Position numbers and translations under genes: made by a program. Below, in pieces: positions 25,829-39,200 of a stretch of DNA of 47,861 bases. The notes beneath the pieces are model-generated. The model was not told the DNA's origin. It was given only the letters and a program-made list of their open reading frames with translations, and made no database searches. How positions within the stretch are numbered: the first letter of the stretch is position 1; every line of letters begins with the position of its first letter. The stretch comes from Raja brachyura (Eukaryota), in assembly GCA_963514005.1 (NCBI GenBank), contig OY740812.1:2108001-2155861 (forward strand), read 5' to 3'.

Positions 25829-26070
25829 TCACTTGAAGTCCTTTGCATGCTCCTTATTGAGTCTTTTCATCTTCATCCTTCTGTTTTGAAACCAGATTTT
25901 GACTTGTCTTTCTGTCAGGTTCAGAAGACGCGCCACTTCGTGCCTCCGCTCTCGGGTGAGGTACATGTTGAACAGAAATTCTTTCTCCAACTCCAGGGTC
26001 TGATACTTGCTGTAAGGACACCTTTTCTTCCTTGTCGAGCGAGCATGCAACCAATTTGCCGAAGGGTTGC
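25829..26070 (-). CDS. HOXB9: HoxB9 exon 2 (homeodomain)
   Basis: Acceptor CTCTCCAG| at 26071/26070. Translates to (S)[89 protein letters not shown] and RHEVARLL are B9-type. Confidence 0.95.
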
Positions 26071-26363
26071 CTGGAGAGCAGTGGAGAAGAGGAAAAGGCA
26101 GTCAGGCCAAAACAAGAATGTGGATGCCAATGATTTTCATTATTGCACTTCTCACCATGTAATACTTATTCCCCAAAACTTTCATGGACCCAAGAACTGT
26201 AACAGCGCGAGGGTGGCTTAGGATATATTCCTTAGCGTGTATCCTTTCAGTAAATTGTAAAACTAAACTGAGAATAGCTGGGCGTGTACAGAAGACTTAG
26301 ATTTATATTTCTTTTACAGTTTATGACCACGTTTGGAAATTGGGGTGTAAAAGTATACGGCGG

Positions 26364-26551
26364 NNNNNNNNNNNNNNNNNNNNNNNNNNNNNNNNNNNNN
26401 NNNNNNNNNNNNNNNNNNNNNNNNNNNNNNNNNNNNNNNNNNNNNNNNNNNNNNNNNNNNNNNNNNNNNNNNNNNNNNNNNNNNNNNNNNNNNNNNNNNN
26501 NNNNNNNNNNNNNNNNNNNNNNNNNNNNNNNNNNNNNNNNNNNNNNNNNNN
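26364..26551. other. Assembly gap inside the HoxB9 intron
   Basis: Run of N. Confidence 0.99.
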
Positions 26552-26887
26552 GGTTCCCCACACATGTTTGCCCACCCTGCTTCAGAAGAGTTACACAAAA
26601 AGGGGAGAAAATAACAAGAGGAAAACGTATAGTCAGTCATTTATGTCTTTATTGCCTGCCAGAGGAAGGGCTGGTATAAAGGCGTCGTTAAAGGTTTGCA
26701 GGTGGTTACTGAGGAACCCATTAAAAAGCAGAGAGGAAATAAAATAACCAGGATTATAAAATCAGTTAAATACGTGTGATTATACCGGAGGCAAACTGAC
26801 TTTAATTAGAATCTTTCTCCAGTGGCATTAATTTCGAAAACTATTTTCTCTCCGGGATTAATCAAGTGCATCATATGCCCAACTTAC

Positions 26888-27404
26888 TTTGTTCTGATGC
26901 CTCTTTGTCTCCTTTCTCTTCATATAAGCTGTCTTCATAGCATGGCGCTTTCCCGGATCTCATGATTTCGCTCTCCAAGGATTCCCCATGCAACTTTTGG
27001 AGCGCCGCTGGTAAGGTTTGGACGCCGTGACCCGCGAGGGGCTCCGTTTTCAATGAATCGTGACCAGTGGTAGGTATCCCGGCTACGGCCACAGCTCTGG
27101 GGGTTGGGTCCAGCCAGGATCGCATATACCTGCTTTCGGACGGGATGGGATGAGGTTGGACATATGGATGGTATAACGTGGACACATTGGCGGGAGGCTG
27201 AGGGTACACCGGTGTCCAAGAGGTGCCGAACACCGAAGATTTCGTCTGAAAATTACAAGCGGGGAAGTCGGAATGTTCGCTAAGACCAGGCTGTCTGGAG
27301 ACTATATATTGCCCCGAAGTTAACTTTGTTGGAGCAGCCCCTTCGCTATCATGACTTATAAGGGAATCGACAAAATAGTTACTAATAGCACCGGACATCG
27401 TCAT
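26888..27404 (-). CDS. HOXB9: HoxB9 exon 1
   Basis: MTMSGAISNYFVDSLISH...DFPACNFQTKSSVFGTSW...ESRYMRSWLD, the Hox9 activation region. Donor A|GTAAGT at 26888/26887; 517 nt, phase 1. Confidence 0.95.
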
Positions 27405-30400
27405 TGTTAAACATCATACACGGCGATTCATTGGGAAATTATATGTAAGGCTAGAAATTGTTCTCTCAACTTCTCAACTTACAAAGTAGAGTTAGCTAAT
27501 ATGTTGTGGGCTATCTGCGAAATGATTGGTTAAAGTTTTCATGAGGCCGACAAAGCGACAATAAAACGTAAATCAATCCGCAATGGGGGTTAAACAATTA
27601 ACATGGCCCCTCGTATTATATACGTTTAGAGGTGAAATCGTGTTTTAAACAAGGAACACTAATGCGTATAAACATATATAGTACATAATCGGTAACAAAG
27701 TAGAGCTAGATTAAATTTAAAAAAAATAGTTTTCAGAGGGACTACTTTGCCTGTTAATTAATCTTATCTCATGTGACAAATTCTCACACCAGGGCTCATA
27801 ATCGACAGTCTTATTATTGCTGTTATTATCTTAAACCGATAACATAAAATAGCTTTAAACCCAATTACTCTGCCACACAATTCTTGCGTGTTTTCTTGTG
27901 TTGTGATGGGGAAAGTGAACCAGGGACTCTGGCGGGTTGGAAACCTAATTTTGAATTACGAATATTCGTCTGAGAAACCAGTGCTGGTAACAAAATGAAT
28001 GTGAGTTCAATATGTTCAAAGCTTTACACGGGACGGTTTGTGGTGAAAGTGCTCCTCCTAATAATTGACAAGTCAAGACTTTATAGTTCTCCATCATATT
28101 CTAACTTGGACAAAATTCTGAATGGGATAGCACTGGACTCGATTAATTTAGTGACAACTTATTGGTCATAGTTCCTTTTGTTCCGATTGCACTTATTTTG
28201 AAGCTGACCCATACATTAACTACATTGCTTCATAATACCCTGAATCACATGGTTTTGTGTTATAATTCCCTAACAAGACTACTTTACATGTATGGGAAGT
28301 CTCGACCGAGGTCAGCCGGATCCACGGCGAATCAGCGAATTATTGTGAAGTGATTTAAATATATGTATCAATTGTTAAAAGTGGTTCATTTAAAGCCACG
28401 TCCTCTCTTATTATCTTTCCTATCTGGGTTTTTTTTTGCGGGGAGGTCGTCCTTTCCGTGAGAATGAATGCCACAAAGGAAGTTATTGGAATCTGGGAAG
28501 AAATGGACAAGAAATTCAGCGTGGAAATCTCGAAATCTCTTTTGACCTTGTTCACAGAGAAATAAATAAAGACAAAATGTAACGTGGAGAAGAATGGAGG
28601 AACACTGAAACACTGGAGGAATCCCGATAGAACCATCCAACTTTTCATACATCTTTTTAAATTCACTCATCCTCAAAAACTAAAAATGTTTAACTTTGTT
28701 ATGCTTCTAGCAAAAAAAAAGTAGACGCGGTTGGATTTAACTAATACAAAGTGAAATCTCAGGACATGTTATGGTGAAGGCAAAGGACTGTGTGGCGAAC
28801 CGTTTATATATACCACATATCTTTTTTTTTTGCCAAACTGTGATGACTCAGCCCTGACGCGAAAATTCATTTTATGCAGAGAAGTTCAGTCGCTTGGACC
28901 TAAGTACCAGCTTATTAACATTCAAGTCTTTAAACCTAAAGCCGTATTAATAGCTCACAATGGGCTTTCAGACTGCCATTGGCCTGCCGACCTCTCCTTT
29001 TTTAACTGATTATAAATGAAAGCTAATATTTGTGCATTTATTTAATTTGTTAACTACGCTCTGATAATCTTACTCCGGAAAGATTCTTAACTTCATTTTA
29101 AACGTATTATTAACTACAGGATGGGCCCGGATAAGTTATAACGGACATTGAAGACAGAATTGTTAAATATTTGATCAGATCAATACAAAACGGAATTTAT
29201 ATACTGTTTACTTTCCTTGGGTATATATTCGCAAATGTACATCATCTTATTGACATATAAGATATATACATTTGTCTTGTATGTAAATAAATGTAATGTT
29301 GTTATTCGGTCCTCTGTACTCTTCGTATAAACGTTGGCTTTGCTCCCACGCCCCTTTCAAAAGTTCAGTAATAAACAAAGAATACATTTTGAGAATATTT
29401 TCCTCTTAAAGACTGCCCATCTTAATTATTATTGAAAATAGCGGCCTTTGGTGCCACCACATTAATTTAAATGGGATATGAATATTATCTAGTGAAATAA
29501 TTCGCCATACTTTCAACAAATAAGTTATGCAACCAAAACAATCTACATCTACATTTTCTGATTCATGTTATAAGTCTTATGAAATAAGAGGTGATCTTGC
29601 CTACAAGAACTTTGTTCAAATCTAGGGAAATTTAAAATATTTTCATGGCGTAAACCTAATTAATAAAGAACTGATTGTCATTAGTAAATATGCTTTTCAT
29701 GGGTATTATTTCCATTGGCACCCAAAGTAGGTGAAAACAAATAATGATACCTCCTGAAGCCAATCAAGTCTTGGCACCGTGAAGCCATAGATTATATAGT
29801 TATTTAATTTGTAAAAATAAAGTTCTTCTTTCTGGCCATTTGAAGCACGGCAAGGTACACGATTGTTATTTGTTGGTACCCATTTTACAATGAAAAACCG
29901 CTAATCGGCTTGGCTGTTGGTGTGCACATGTTCAACTGCAGCTTCAAGGACTCCGACCATCTCTCTCTTAAAGCGATAACAACACTGGCGCAATCAGAAC
30001 TATGAAATTTCAGATTTGTCTTCGGAGGTTGCATCGCCTCATTTTCACAAATAAGATCTTTAAACACACAAAACCTAGTTTCCACAGATCTTCCTAGCGA
30101 GTGGACTTTCACTGTTAACGAAGTAAAAACAATAATGGCACTCTAGACCATTAGAGAGCGAGCGACAAAGCCTGTTTTTCTATTTTATGCAGCCAGTCAA
30201 ATGTGTTTCAAATACAGAAGGTAACCGTTTCTAAATGAGGGAACGGAGGCACATTGTAACTTGGGAATAAGGAGTAACAACCGCGTTTTTAACATTGAGA
30301 CTGTAAAAAGACAAAGAAATTTATGGCTACATTTACGCGACAAATTTCTGTGTACCAGAGACCTAATGCGAATCTATGTTCAATCAGTGCAGATCAATGG

Positions 30401-31664
30401 ACATTTTCAGTAAATTCCACATAGATGGGATTATATTTTAAAGACTTTTACACCACATATCCAGATCGCTGCCAACCAAAAAAATGGCGTTTGTCTCCAG
30501 CGTCATCATCATGAATAAGAAACGTCCTGTCGTTCGGGGTCGCTGCAAACCATTGGGGTGGGATCGCCGCATTTAGATTTAAAGAAAGAGGTTTATATCA
30601 AACCTAAATGCACAAGATATTAAGCCATTTGCTCCTGGCTACTACCAAGCTGTGCACGTCTAAGAGTCTAAATGAAGTTTTAAACGCTCGGCGTCTTTAA
30701 CAATAACGAGTTCACGCTGTCTCCCTCTGCTTGGTACATTTAATGGTGCATTGAAAATATGCAGATGAGCAGGCAAAACAAACGAAGCTCGTTTGTAATA
30801 AATAGCATTCAATTCGTGAGGAAAAGAGAGTTATACAGTTATAACACATGGCCGAACCACATATAACGTCTAATTGATATTAACATCCTTTAATTTAATT
30901 CCCTTCCATAATCACTGGGCGACTAGGTGACGTGTTTGGACTGTTTTGCGCAGGAGCCGATAATAATTTTGCCGGCGACCAGATTGTACGCTGGCAGTTA
31001 AAATCAACGAATTGTGGAACTGCTAGCCAAACTTCCAATTTTTAAGATTTCGGTGAAACGGGAATGTGAGGAGCGAAAAACCAACCCTCCCCAAATGGTC
31101 CAAACGGAGGCGGTCTTTTCTCCTTATGTTATGAACTAGTTGAATATCCCCACCAAGAATAATATCCATCTGTATTTGTTCAGTGTTTGGCTCCGAACAA
31201 TCATTGTTACTGATTGATTAATATACATCAATACATGACATCTTGGAACCGAAAATATCAGAATGCAAGGCCACACATATTGCCGTATGATTGGTCGCGT
31301 GGAATTTACATTCACAATCTCATACGTTAAATTATGTTTTCTTACATTATAATTTAAATTTGATCAAGCTACCCGATGAAACAACGCAAATATACTATAA
31401 AGTAGACCCTGCAGTTTATCAGCGCCTCTATATTCTTCTGAAACTAAACAGGGAAATAAATTGAGCAATACGGAATCAGTTCTTCTCTAAGCAATGACTT
31501 CACGGATACGACTCACGAACTCCAACCTTCATAATACAGTGTATAGTTATTTGGTATCTATATATGTGTGTGTACGGGTGTCTGTGTATAAATACACCGA
31601 CATACATACACAGACACGGATATATATATATACCAAATAACTATACATTGTATTATGAAGGTTG

Positions 31665-31854
31665 NNNNNNNNNNNNNNNNNNNNNNNNNNNNNNNNNNNN
31701 NNNNNNNNNNNNNNNNNNNNNNNNNNNNNNNNNNNNNNNNNNNNNNNNNNNNNNNNNNNNNNNNNNNNNNNNNNNNNNNNNNNNNNNNNNNNNNNNNNNN
31801 NNNNNNNNNNNNNNNNNNNNNNNNNNNNNNNNNNNNNNNNNNNNNNNNNNNNNN
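31665..31854. other. Assembly gap flanked by TA/CA low-complexity sequence
   Basis: Run of N. Confidence 0.99.
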
Positions 31855-32417
31855 GAAAAGGGGATTAATAAAGTATTTATCTATCTATATGTAATGTGTG
31901 TGTGCGCGCGCTTGTGTATGTATATATATATTTACACACACACACACACACGAACGCGTGCACACACATACATACACACAGGGACACACGCACACATATA
32001 GACACATTATATATATATATGTATGTGAATGTCTGTACATTATTAATTCGCCTTTCTTCCCACCTAGGATGCTGGATTCTGAGGATTAGACAAGTTAATC
32101 CAACAATTAGCCACTACTACACAATTCCACAACTCTGTATTTAGCTTTGAGGAACATGTACAGTTGGACGAGTTAATATGCGATGTTATTTGATTGCACA
32201 GAAGTTATGTTACCATCTACGCATGTATCGTATCAGAGACAACTAGACAGTTTGATACTTCGGTTCATCTTCAAGGACAATCCGCACCAGGCCTTGTTAG
32301 AGGCATCATCCATCTGCACCACGTTGATACATATAAACACTCTTATTTCTTCGTCGCAAATGCCAGCGACTCCACTTTAAAAAACAAATTAAAATCCAAA
32401 AGTTTTGCGATGTGAAT

Positions 32418-32501
32418 AACTGGGGTAATTCAGGCAGTTTCTTGTCACTGCGATCAAGCAGAAGCCCAACAACATGAAACTACCTAAGTCACTCGACAGT
32501 T
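32418..32501 (-). ncRNA. MIR196: mir-196 precursor hairpin (mature 5p at 32486-32465)
   Basis: Minus-strand TAGGTAGTTTCATGTTGTTGGG is the miR-196a mature sequence. The 3p arm CAGTGACAAGAAACTGCCTGA and basal stem AACTG...CAGTT are present. Canonical position between Hox9 and Hox10. Confidence 0.97.
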
Positions 32502-34780
32502 CAATTTCGCTGGCGCCAGTGTCTGGTCCTAACGAGCCGAACAGTAAAATAAAGACCAACGATGCAAAATATGCTTCAGCTGGATACGATTATTTAAACA
32601 TCAAATAATAAAAGCAAATATTTATAAGAAATATGAAGAGAGGTGATTAAACAGTTAAACTGCTCAGGAATCCCGTCTATCTATTTTGAATTGAACTAGT
32701 AGTGCAGACCGTAACGATTTGACCTTGCTTTGTTTGAGCCATGACACTATGGGCCAGTGTAGCCACAAACCTCACTAATCTGTTTCGATGCCGCAGCGAT
32801 GGGTCAACATTTTGCCGTTTAAGCTAATGACCGAACTGTTGGCATCAACTAATTGGGAAAGGCTTAACGTTCAAATTTCTACAAAGTCAAAGTCTTATAA
32901 AAAATGTCGCTGCAGAATATATATCTGACGTGACAACAATGTCCTACCATTTTCCTCACGTTTTCCAAAATCTTGAAAGCCAAGTTATCCAGGTTGTCAA
33001 GAAAAGAGAAGGATGACCATATCCTGATCTCAAAGCTATGTCTTGTGGCGTGCCGTTCACAGCCAAACTGCCCAAGTCCAACAAGTCCCACATGACAGCA
33101 ACTTGCCAAACACATTTAGCTGCCATAAAACTTTACAAATGTAGACGTGATTGTCCGTGGAGCATCGCCGGTGCCCACAGTCAGGTTACGACCGTCTCGA
33201 TGGTATTTAAATCACCGACACCGGATACCAAATACATTTCAAACTGCGAGAGGTTGCTTTGGGGCTGGGAAAATCAGAATTCTCTGTCTTTTTTTCCCTC
33301 TCAACTACCAAGTTGTCCATTTCAGGTCAATTTCACGGGTCCACAATCAGCCAACCACGGTGCATGATATACACGAGTCAGCCTTGAAGGGAGAGCCACT
33401 AAATGGCCACAATAAATTTAAGTAGATTTGAAAACGTTAAATAACACACAACTTTTCAAAATACAGAAATGCTGACAAACACGATTTATTTATTTATTTT
33501 TTATTGCGTTTTAATATAGACCTGTAACAAGGCCTAGGAAACGATGCAACGACTCCAAGCTGTGATATATACAGAACATGCTTTACAGAAGAATTTCTGC
33601 CCACATTTGTTGACCAACATGAAAACAAAATACTTCATCTAAACACTGAGGAGTGGGTTTTTATATTGATCAAATACTGACACTTCCTTGTAATCCCCGT
33701 CTCTTGCAAGGACGTTGTGTGGAGTTCAGTATGCTTGATAATAAACAAGATGCGATGGACACACAGTTAATAATCTTTGGTATAACAATTCTTTTTACAC
33801 TATTTTTAAATTAAATATAACATTTTAATCCAACGTTACACAGTTCGTATCTGACAAACCTCCACCATATGAAAAACAAATTGAGAGGACAGATCATGTT
33901 CTTTGCATGTGTTTAATGTCAGATATGTTGATGAATATTTGTAAAAGACAATGTATTCATCAATAAAAAACACGGTTTATGTAGAATGTCCACTAAAGGT
34001 GCAACAGGCCTAATCAGCACCGATAGTGTGTTACATGCTGAGTTCTATGGCCACGTGATCACTGCGACATATATTCTATAGAATCCTTCATTGGATTTAA
34101 TTTAATTAGCATTCTGTGTACATATTTTTATTTGCCGAGGGAATTAGTCTGCAAATAGAATTAAAATTTCGTTTTAAGTTAGTGGTTTGTCAAATTATTT
34201 TATGTTTTGTCGGAGCTCTTCACTCGGTATGCAGCAGAGTGAAAAAGTAGAGCTAAACTTTAAACTCAGTCTTGTTAAACATTTAGTTCACCTTGAGGTC
34301 CAGGGTGCAAGGGGGAAAAGTGTAGGTCACCAGCAGTTCGCAATAAAAATGAAATTAATAGCTACCGGGAGTCTTTACAAATTGTTTTGGGTTAGGAGAT
34401 ATGAGCCAGGTGTGCAAGTTTATTCATGACTGATTTTAGCCTCTTTAAGTCAGTCAAAGTAACACTGCCAGAACAAACCCAGAGGGTAATTATTTTTTTA
34501 TATATCATGATGAGCTCAATCTTACTACTTGCCCCTTTCGTTGTACTAACTAATATGCTTTAAATTAACTGCAGAATCTAAGCTAATAGAAAGTCCAGAC
34601 GTTGAGCCACGTCAATTGTACAATATTGTGTTAACCTCCACGATAGTCCGCATGATCCCAACGCGGTTTTTGTTTAAAAATTTCAAGTCGTTACGTTCTT
34701 CGAGAAGTTTGAACTCTCTGCCCAGGAGAGCGGGTGGAGAATGAGTTACTGGGTATATTCTAGGCGAAGGTCAATTGAGC

Positions 34781-34908
34781 TTTAGATATTAAGGGAGTCA
34801 AGGGACGTGGGATTAGAGCAGGAAAGTGCGCTGGGATAAAAGATCAGCCATGACTTCACTAAATGGTGGAACAAGCGCCAGGGGCCTGGAGGCCTACTCT
34901 TATTTATT
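34781..34908 (+). mobile_element. Old CR1-type LINE/SINE 3'-tail fragment
   Basis: AAGGGAGTCAAGGGACGTGGG...GCAGGAAAGTG...AGATCAGCCATGA...AATGGTGGA...GGCCTACTC is a diverged version of the younger copy at 47545-47685 (shared AGATCAGCCATGA). Confidence 0.7.
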
Positions 34909-35186
34909 TTGCCTTGAACGCGTGTTATAGTCTTAATTAGAACGGCATGCACTGAATGCCTCTTTGCTTCGTTATCCCATGCGCGTCTATATACCTATAT
35001 GGGAGATATTTGGGTAAATCTGGATTCCCCCAGGAAAAATGTATTAAGGAACTAGTTCGTAATTGGGACTTGGAAAAAAAGTGTTCACTGAAAGAATATT
35101 GGAATAACTGAAATAATTGCAAATAATATGGATCATTTGATAATTAATGTCCACACAATGACCAGCGTTGCTCACATCTGTTCCAC

Positions 35187-35194
35187 ACGCATGG

Positions 35195-35234
<40 letters not shown>

Positions 35235-35242
35235 CCATGCGT
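35187..35242. repeat. Perfect 56-bp palindrome: ACGCATGGAT-(TA)18-ATCCATGCGT
   Basis: The 10-bp unique arms are exact reverse complements around a self-complementary (TA)18 core. Confidence 0.92.
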
Positions 35243-35998
35243 ATATCCTTTCTGTCCTCCTGTGTAACTTACAATCAAAGAAGACGAGATGAAACCGAAG
35301 GTAAGTAAAATAAATACCACAAATTTAATTTGGCGAGCCACATCCTTTGAATAACCACGCGTCCATGACTCCCAGTACTTTGATGGTCTGTTGATTTATA
35401 CTTTACAAACGCTTCAGATACTTTTGCGGGCAAAATATGTCAGAAGCTTACATGGTGTCTCGTCCAACTGTCAATTTTTTACTGTCCTTCATTAACTGGA
35501 AGTTGCCTTAAAATAATAAGTCTTCTAAGCATAATACATAAATGCTGGATTAACAACAAAATTAAAATAGTTTATAAGCACCTAAAAGATGAAAACGAAC
35601 AAAAAAAGCGCGCTTATTGGCCTCGTGTATTTGCTTTCCGATTCATTCGGCACGACAATGAGAAATGCCACTACCTGAATCGATGACAATTAATGGGCTC
35701 ATGAACAACAACAGACCCTTCAGTGTTTGTTAAATTTGTTTACCAGAAGGTAAGCCATTAGGTTTAAATTACAAGTTCGCAATGCCATAATTTCCCTTCC
35801 TCTTTAGTTGCTCCAAGTTGGCCTGGTGACTAGACCTGAACTTGTAACTCATCCCAGTGTCTAGCAAATCTCCCCCTCCAGCCTTTCCCCCTCCCCTCCC
35901 CTCCCCTTCACCATCTTCAATGCTGTTCTACTATTCGGATTCCTCAACGACATTTTCCGTCGTCTTTTCTTTAATCAAATCGAAGCCTAGTGCCGCTT

Positions 35999-36270
35999 TC
36001 AGATGGGGAAAGCAGTTGATATTTCTCGAATCCTGTGCTCTCGGCTCATCTTTTTCAGCTTCATTCTCCTGTTTTGAAACCAGATTTTGACCTGCCTGTC
36101 GGTTAGGTTCACGCTTCGACTGATCTCCAGGCGGCGCTCTCGAGTCAAGTACATGTTAAAGAGAAACTCCTTCTCCAGCTCCAGAGTCTGGTACTTGGTG
36201 TAAGGACAACGTTTCTTTCTTCCTCCCTTCGCAGTCATCCAGTTTGTCCTACTCTCGGTCTTCGCGCTTT
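35999..36270 (-). CDS. HOXB10: HoxB10 exon 2 (homeodomain)
   Basis: Acceptor TTTTCCCGATTGACAG| at 36271/36270. Translates to (E)[89 protein letters not shown], a paralogue-10 homeodomain linked to HoxB5-B9. Confidence 0.94.
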
Positions 36271-39200
36271 CTGTCAATCGGGAAAAACAAATTGTCAAAC
36301 GATCTGAAGAATTAACGGCTTTCCCTATTTTACCGCCAACAGTGTAATGCCCATGAGTTTCAACCAACTTTCTGAGGAGGGAACGGGGAATGAGTCAGAA
36401 TTTCAGCTCACTGTTTACTAGGCGGATATGAACCCTTGACATGTTCTCAATCCCCATCATTGAGTGGTATAGGCGATTGTGATACCTCGCGGCCATTATA
36501 CTGGATTGTACTAGTATAACTATGCGATCAACAAAATATATTCCAACCTCACTTAAGTGGGGGAATTGCTCATAGATTAATAAACATGGCCAGTGCCGAT
36601 TTAAGTTCAAATTGAAATGTTATATCGAATGCATATTGCACCGAACATGGTATTTCCGGTCGGACTGGAAGTCAATGGAACTGAATGAACTGGAAAGGGA
36701 TATATCAAAACCAATGTGCCCTATGTTCATTGCCAGGACCATCTACGTTGACTGTAAATAGACTTGAAATCTTAATAGCTGCACTGTGAACGTCGTCATG
36801 CTTACTCCGCAACGGATAGAATTTGGTATTAGCAGGAAATAAAATTTAATTAACGGTATAAACACCCCGCTTTACAAGTTTAAGATCAAGAGGTTTATAT
36901 CCTGCAGATATCACGCTAAAGTCTATTAAACACATACCAACTTGCAAAATGCAAAGCTGCTGTATTCTTTTTAAAGTGTGTTCTCACCTTACAAAACACC
37001 CTTTAAGTCCCATAATGTAATTTGATGAGATTTTCACTTTAAAGTTTTATATAAGGGAGAGAAAATAACCCTCTAGCAGCGAGAGAGACATAAATTAAAA
37101 CATGGACACACATTCTTTTCCACCGACGCATAGAGCTACTTGGAAAACATTTCATTTTTCTTTCAATAGTTAAAACTTCCATATTTATTTTATTAGTTGT
37201 GATGCCAAAAAGTTGTGCAATATTTTGCCATTCGCGAAGTTGTTCACAGTGCGTTGATGAAACGCACAATGCTAAAAAATAAAGGCATGCATTTCAAAAC
37301 AGCGAATTATCCCTGCCTATCGTGTTGCTTGAGCTAATTCGCACTATTAAATGCATCTGCCGCCGCTGCGTTATATTGGTATGCGATACATTATGGTGAC
37401 AATTGGCAAATTGTAAACGCAGGACATATCCATGTTTTCCACCATCTGGTTTGTTATGAACCATGAATAATAAATGTAATAACGAAATCCTGTCAACTGT
37501 ATAAGTTCAAATAGTTCTCAGAGAGGGCATTACAAAGGGCTGAGAGGAAAACGAAATACCAATGGTCATTTCATAGGTCTTAACTATAGTCGATAGTCGA
37601 ACAGAGAGTACAATCTTGATTGTGAAATACAGGAATAAACATTATAGAACTTAGGAAGCACGCCATGTTTGCATATACAGTTGCTGTAAGTTAATGTCCC
37701 AGAAAAAATGATAAAATGTTTTAAAACGTCGACAGTTCCTCAAATAGCGCAGAATGTGCAATATGGTTCTTCTTTTCCCGAAAGCTTTCAATCCGGAAGA
37801 ATCTGAATGCCGCTGCTTAAGCTAAATGCAAACGGTTAATGGTTGACCGTGACCTTGCTGAGAATTCAAAAACTCTTACCAAATGTCCATCCCGCTAAGG
37901 TTCATATCGCAATTCCCAATATTTAACACAATAGTACCGGATATTATATTCCTCAAGTATGTTTATAAAGTTACACAATACGTCCTTTAATACACGCCAG
38001 TGTGAATGGTCTGATATTGAAATAACTGCAGCGCATCACCAATGTTCCTTCTGCATATTGTGGCGTCAATTTGTGATATTTTCTTTTTACTTTCATACAT
38101 AGAAGCACATATTTAAAATTCAAACCTTTCCTTCGCCTGTTTACCGCATGAGATACCATTTTCAAAAGAAAAGCAAAATTCAGCTATTAATGGGTCAGAC
38201 ATCTTCTAGGCTTCTCCGACACTGTTATTTTTCAGATAGTGTGTTGTCCATTTCACGTTACTTATGTTGTGAAGAAGAGCTTCGTTATTCGTTATTCAAC
38301 TAACTTAATTAATTAAGGGTGCTTCTAACAACACGGGGATTGCATGCTGTGGGCGTCTCTTCAGTCCTGAGTTAAAACTACTAATAGACTAATTTGACTA
38401 TATGTTCAGAGTGCCAAGGACTTGAAATGAAATACGCCAAAGCAGAATCGAGAATTAACGTTGAAAATTAAAATGGATTTGTAGTTTGTTCATTAATTAT
38501 AATATAACGTCTGCTAACAATATGCTGGAAAATCTCAAGTGAGGATGATTATATGTTTGCATTCTACTTATAGTTTGGGTCCCGCCAATTATTCTAAATT
38601 AACAATAACAACACGTATTGCAAATGAAGAGCCAAATGAACACTTAAATCGAATCATATCGTCGCATTACACTTTCCACTGTGATTGGCATGGATTGTGT
38701 CTTTCAAAATTGGTGGAATTCCAATTCTATTAAAATAAGTTGATCTTCAATAGCAACTACCTGGTATCATTAAACTCTTTGTGTGAAACTGATATTATTT
38801 CAGAACAGCAAAGATGGCGGGAGTTTGTCATTAAGTTCAGTTTTTCTTGTTATGGATTTCCATTAAAAATAGAAACAGGGAAGTCACATCATGTCCAGAA
38901 ATTTGGCATGTCAGCTGTTCTATGCAGCTAACGATTTGCTTATGTTTTAAACAAAGCATTTCTGGACGATATTGCTCTCTGCGGAATTATATTCAACCAG
39001 CGATGAGTGATCTCTCACAGAACGGTCCAACGACTCATTGGTTCTAAAGTAAACAGAACAGTCATGGTATCAAATGAAGATTCTTGCAGGCAAATGGTAG
39101 CAAAGCCCAGGCAGGTCCACATGTCTTAGACCAAAGACCTTTAAGTCGGAACTTCCCAACATATAGCTTGATTGGACTCATCGTTTAACTTACGTTCTTC

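Noticed and set aside
37844-37855. TGACCGTGACCT, a DR0-like nuclear receptor repeat in the HoxB10 intron
   Set aside because: A single imperfect motif without supporting context. I did not recognise a canonical DR5 retinoic acid response element in the window.
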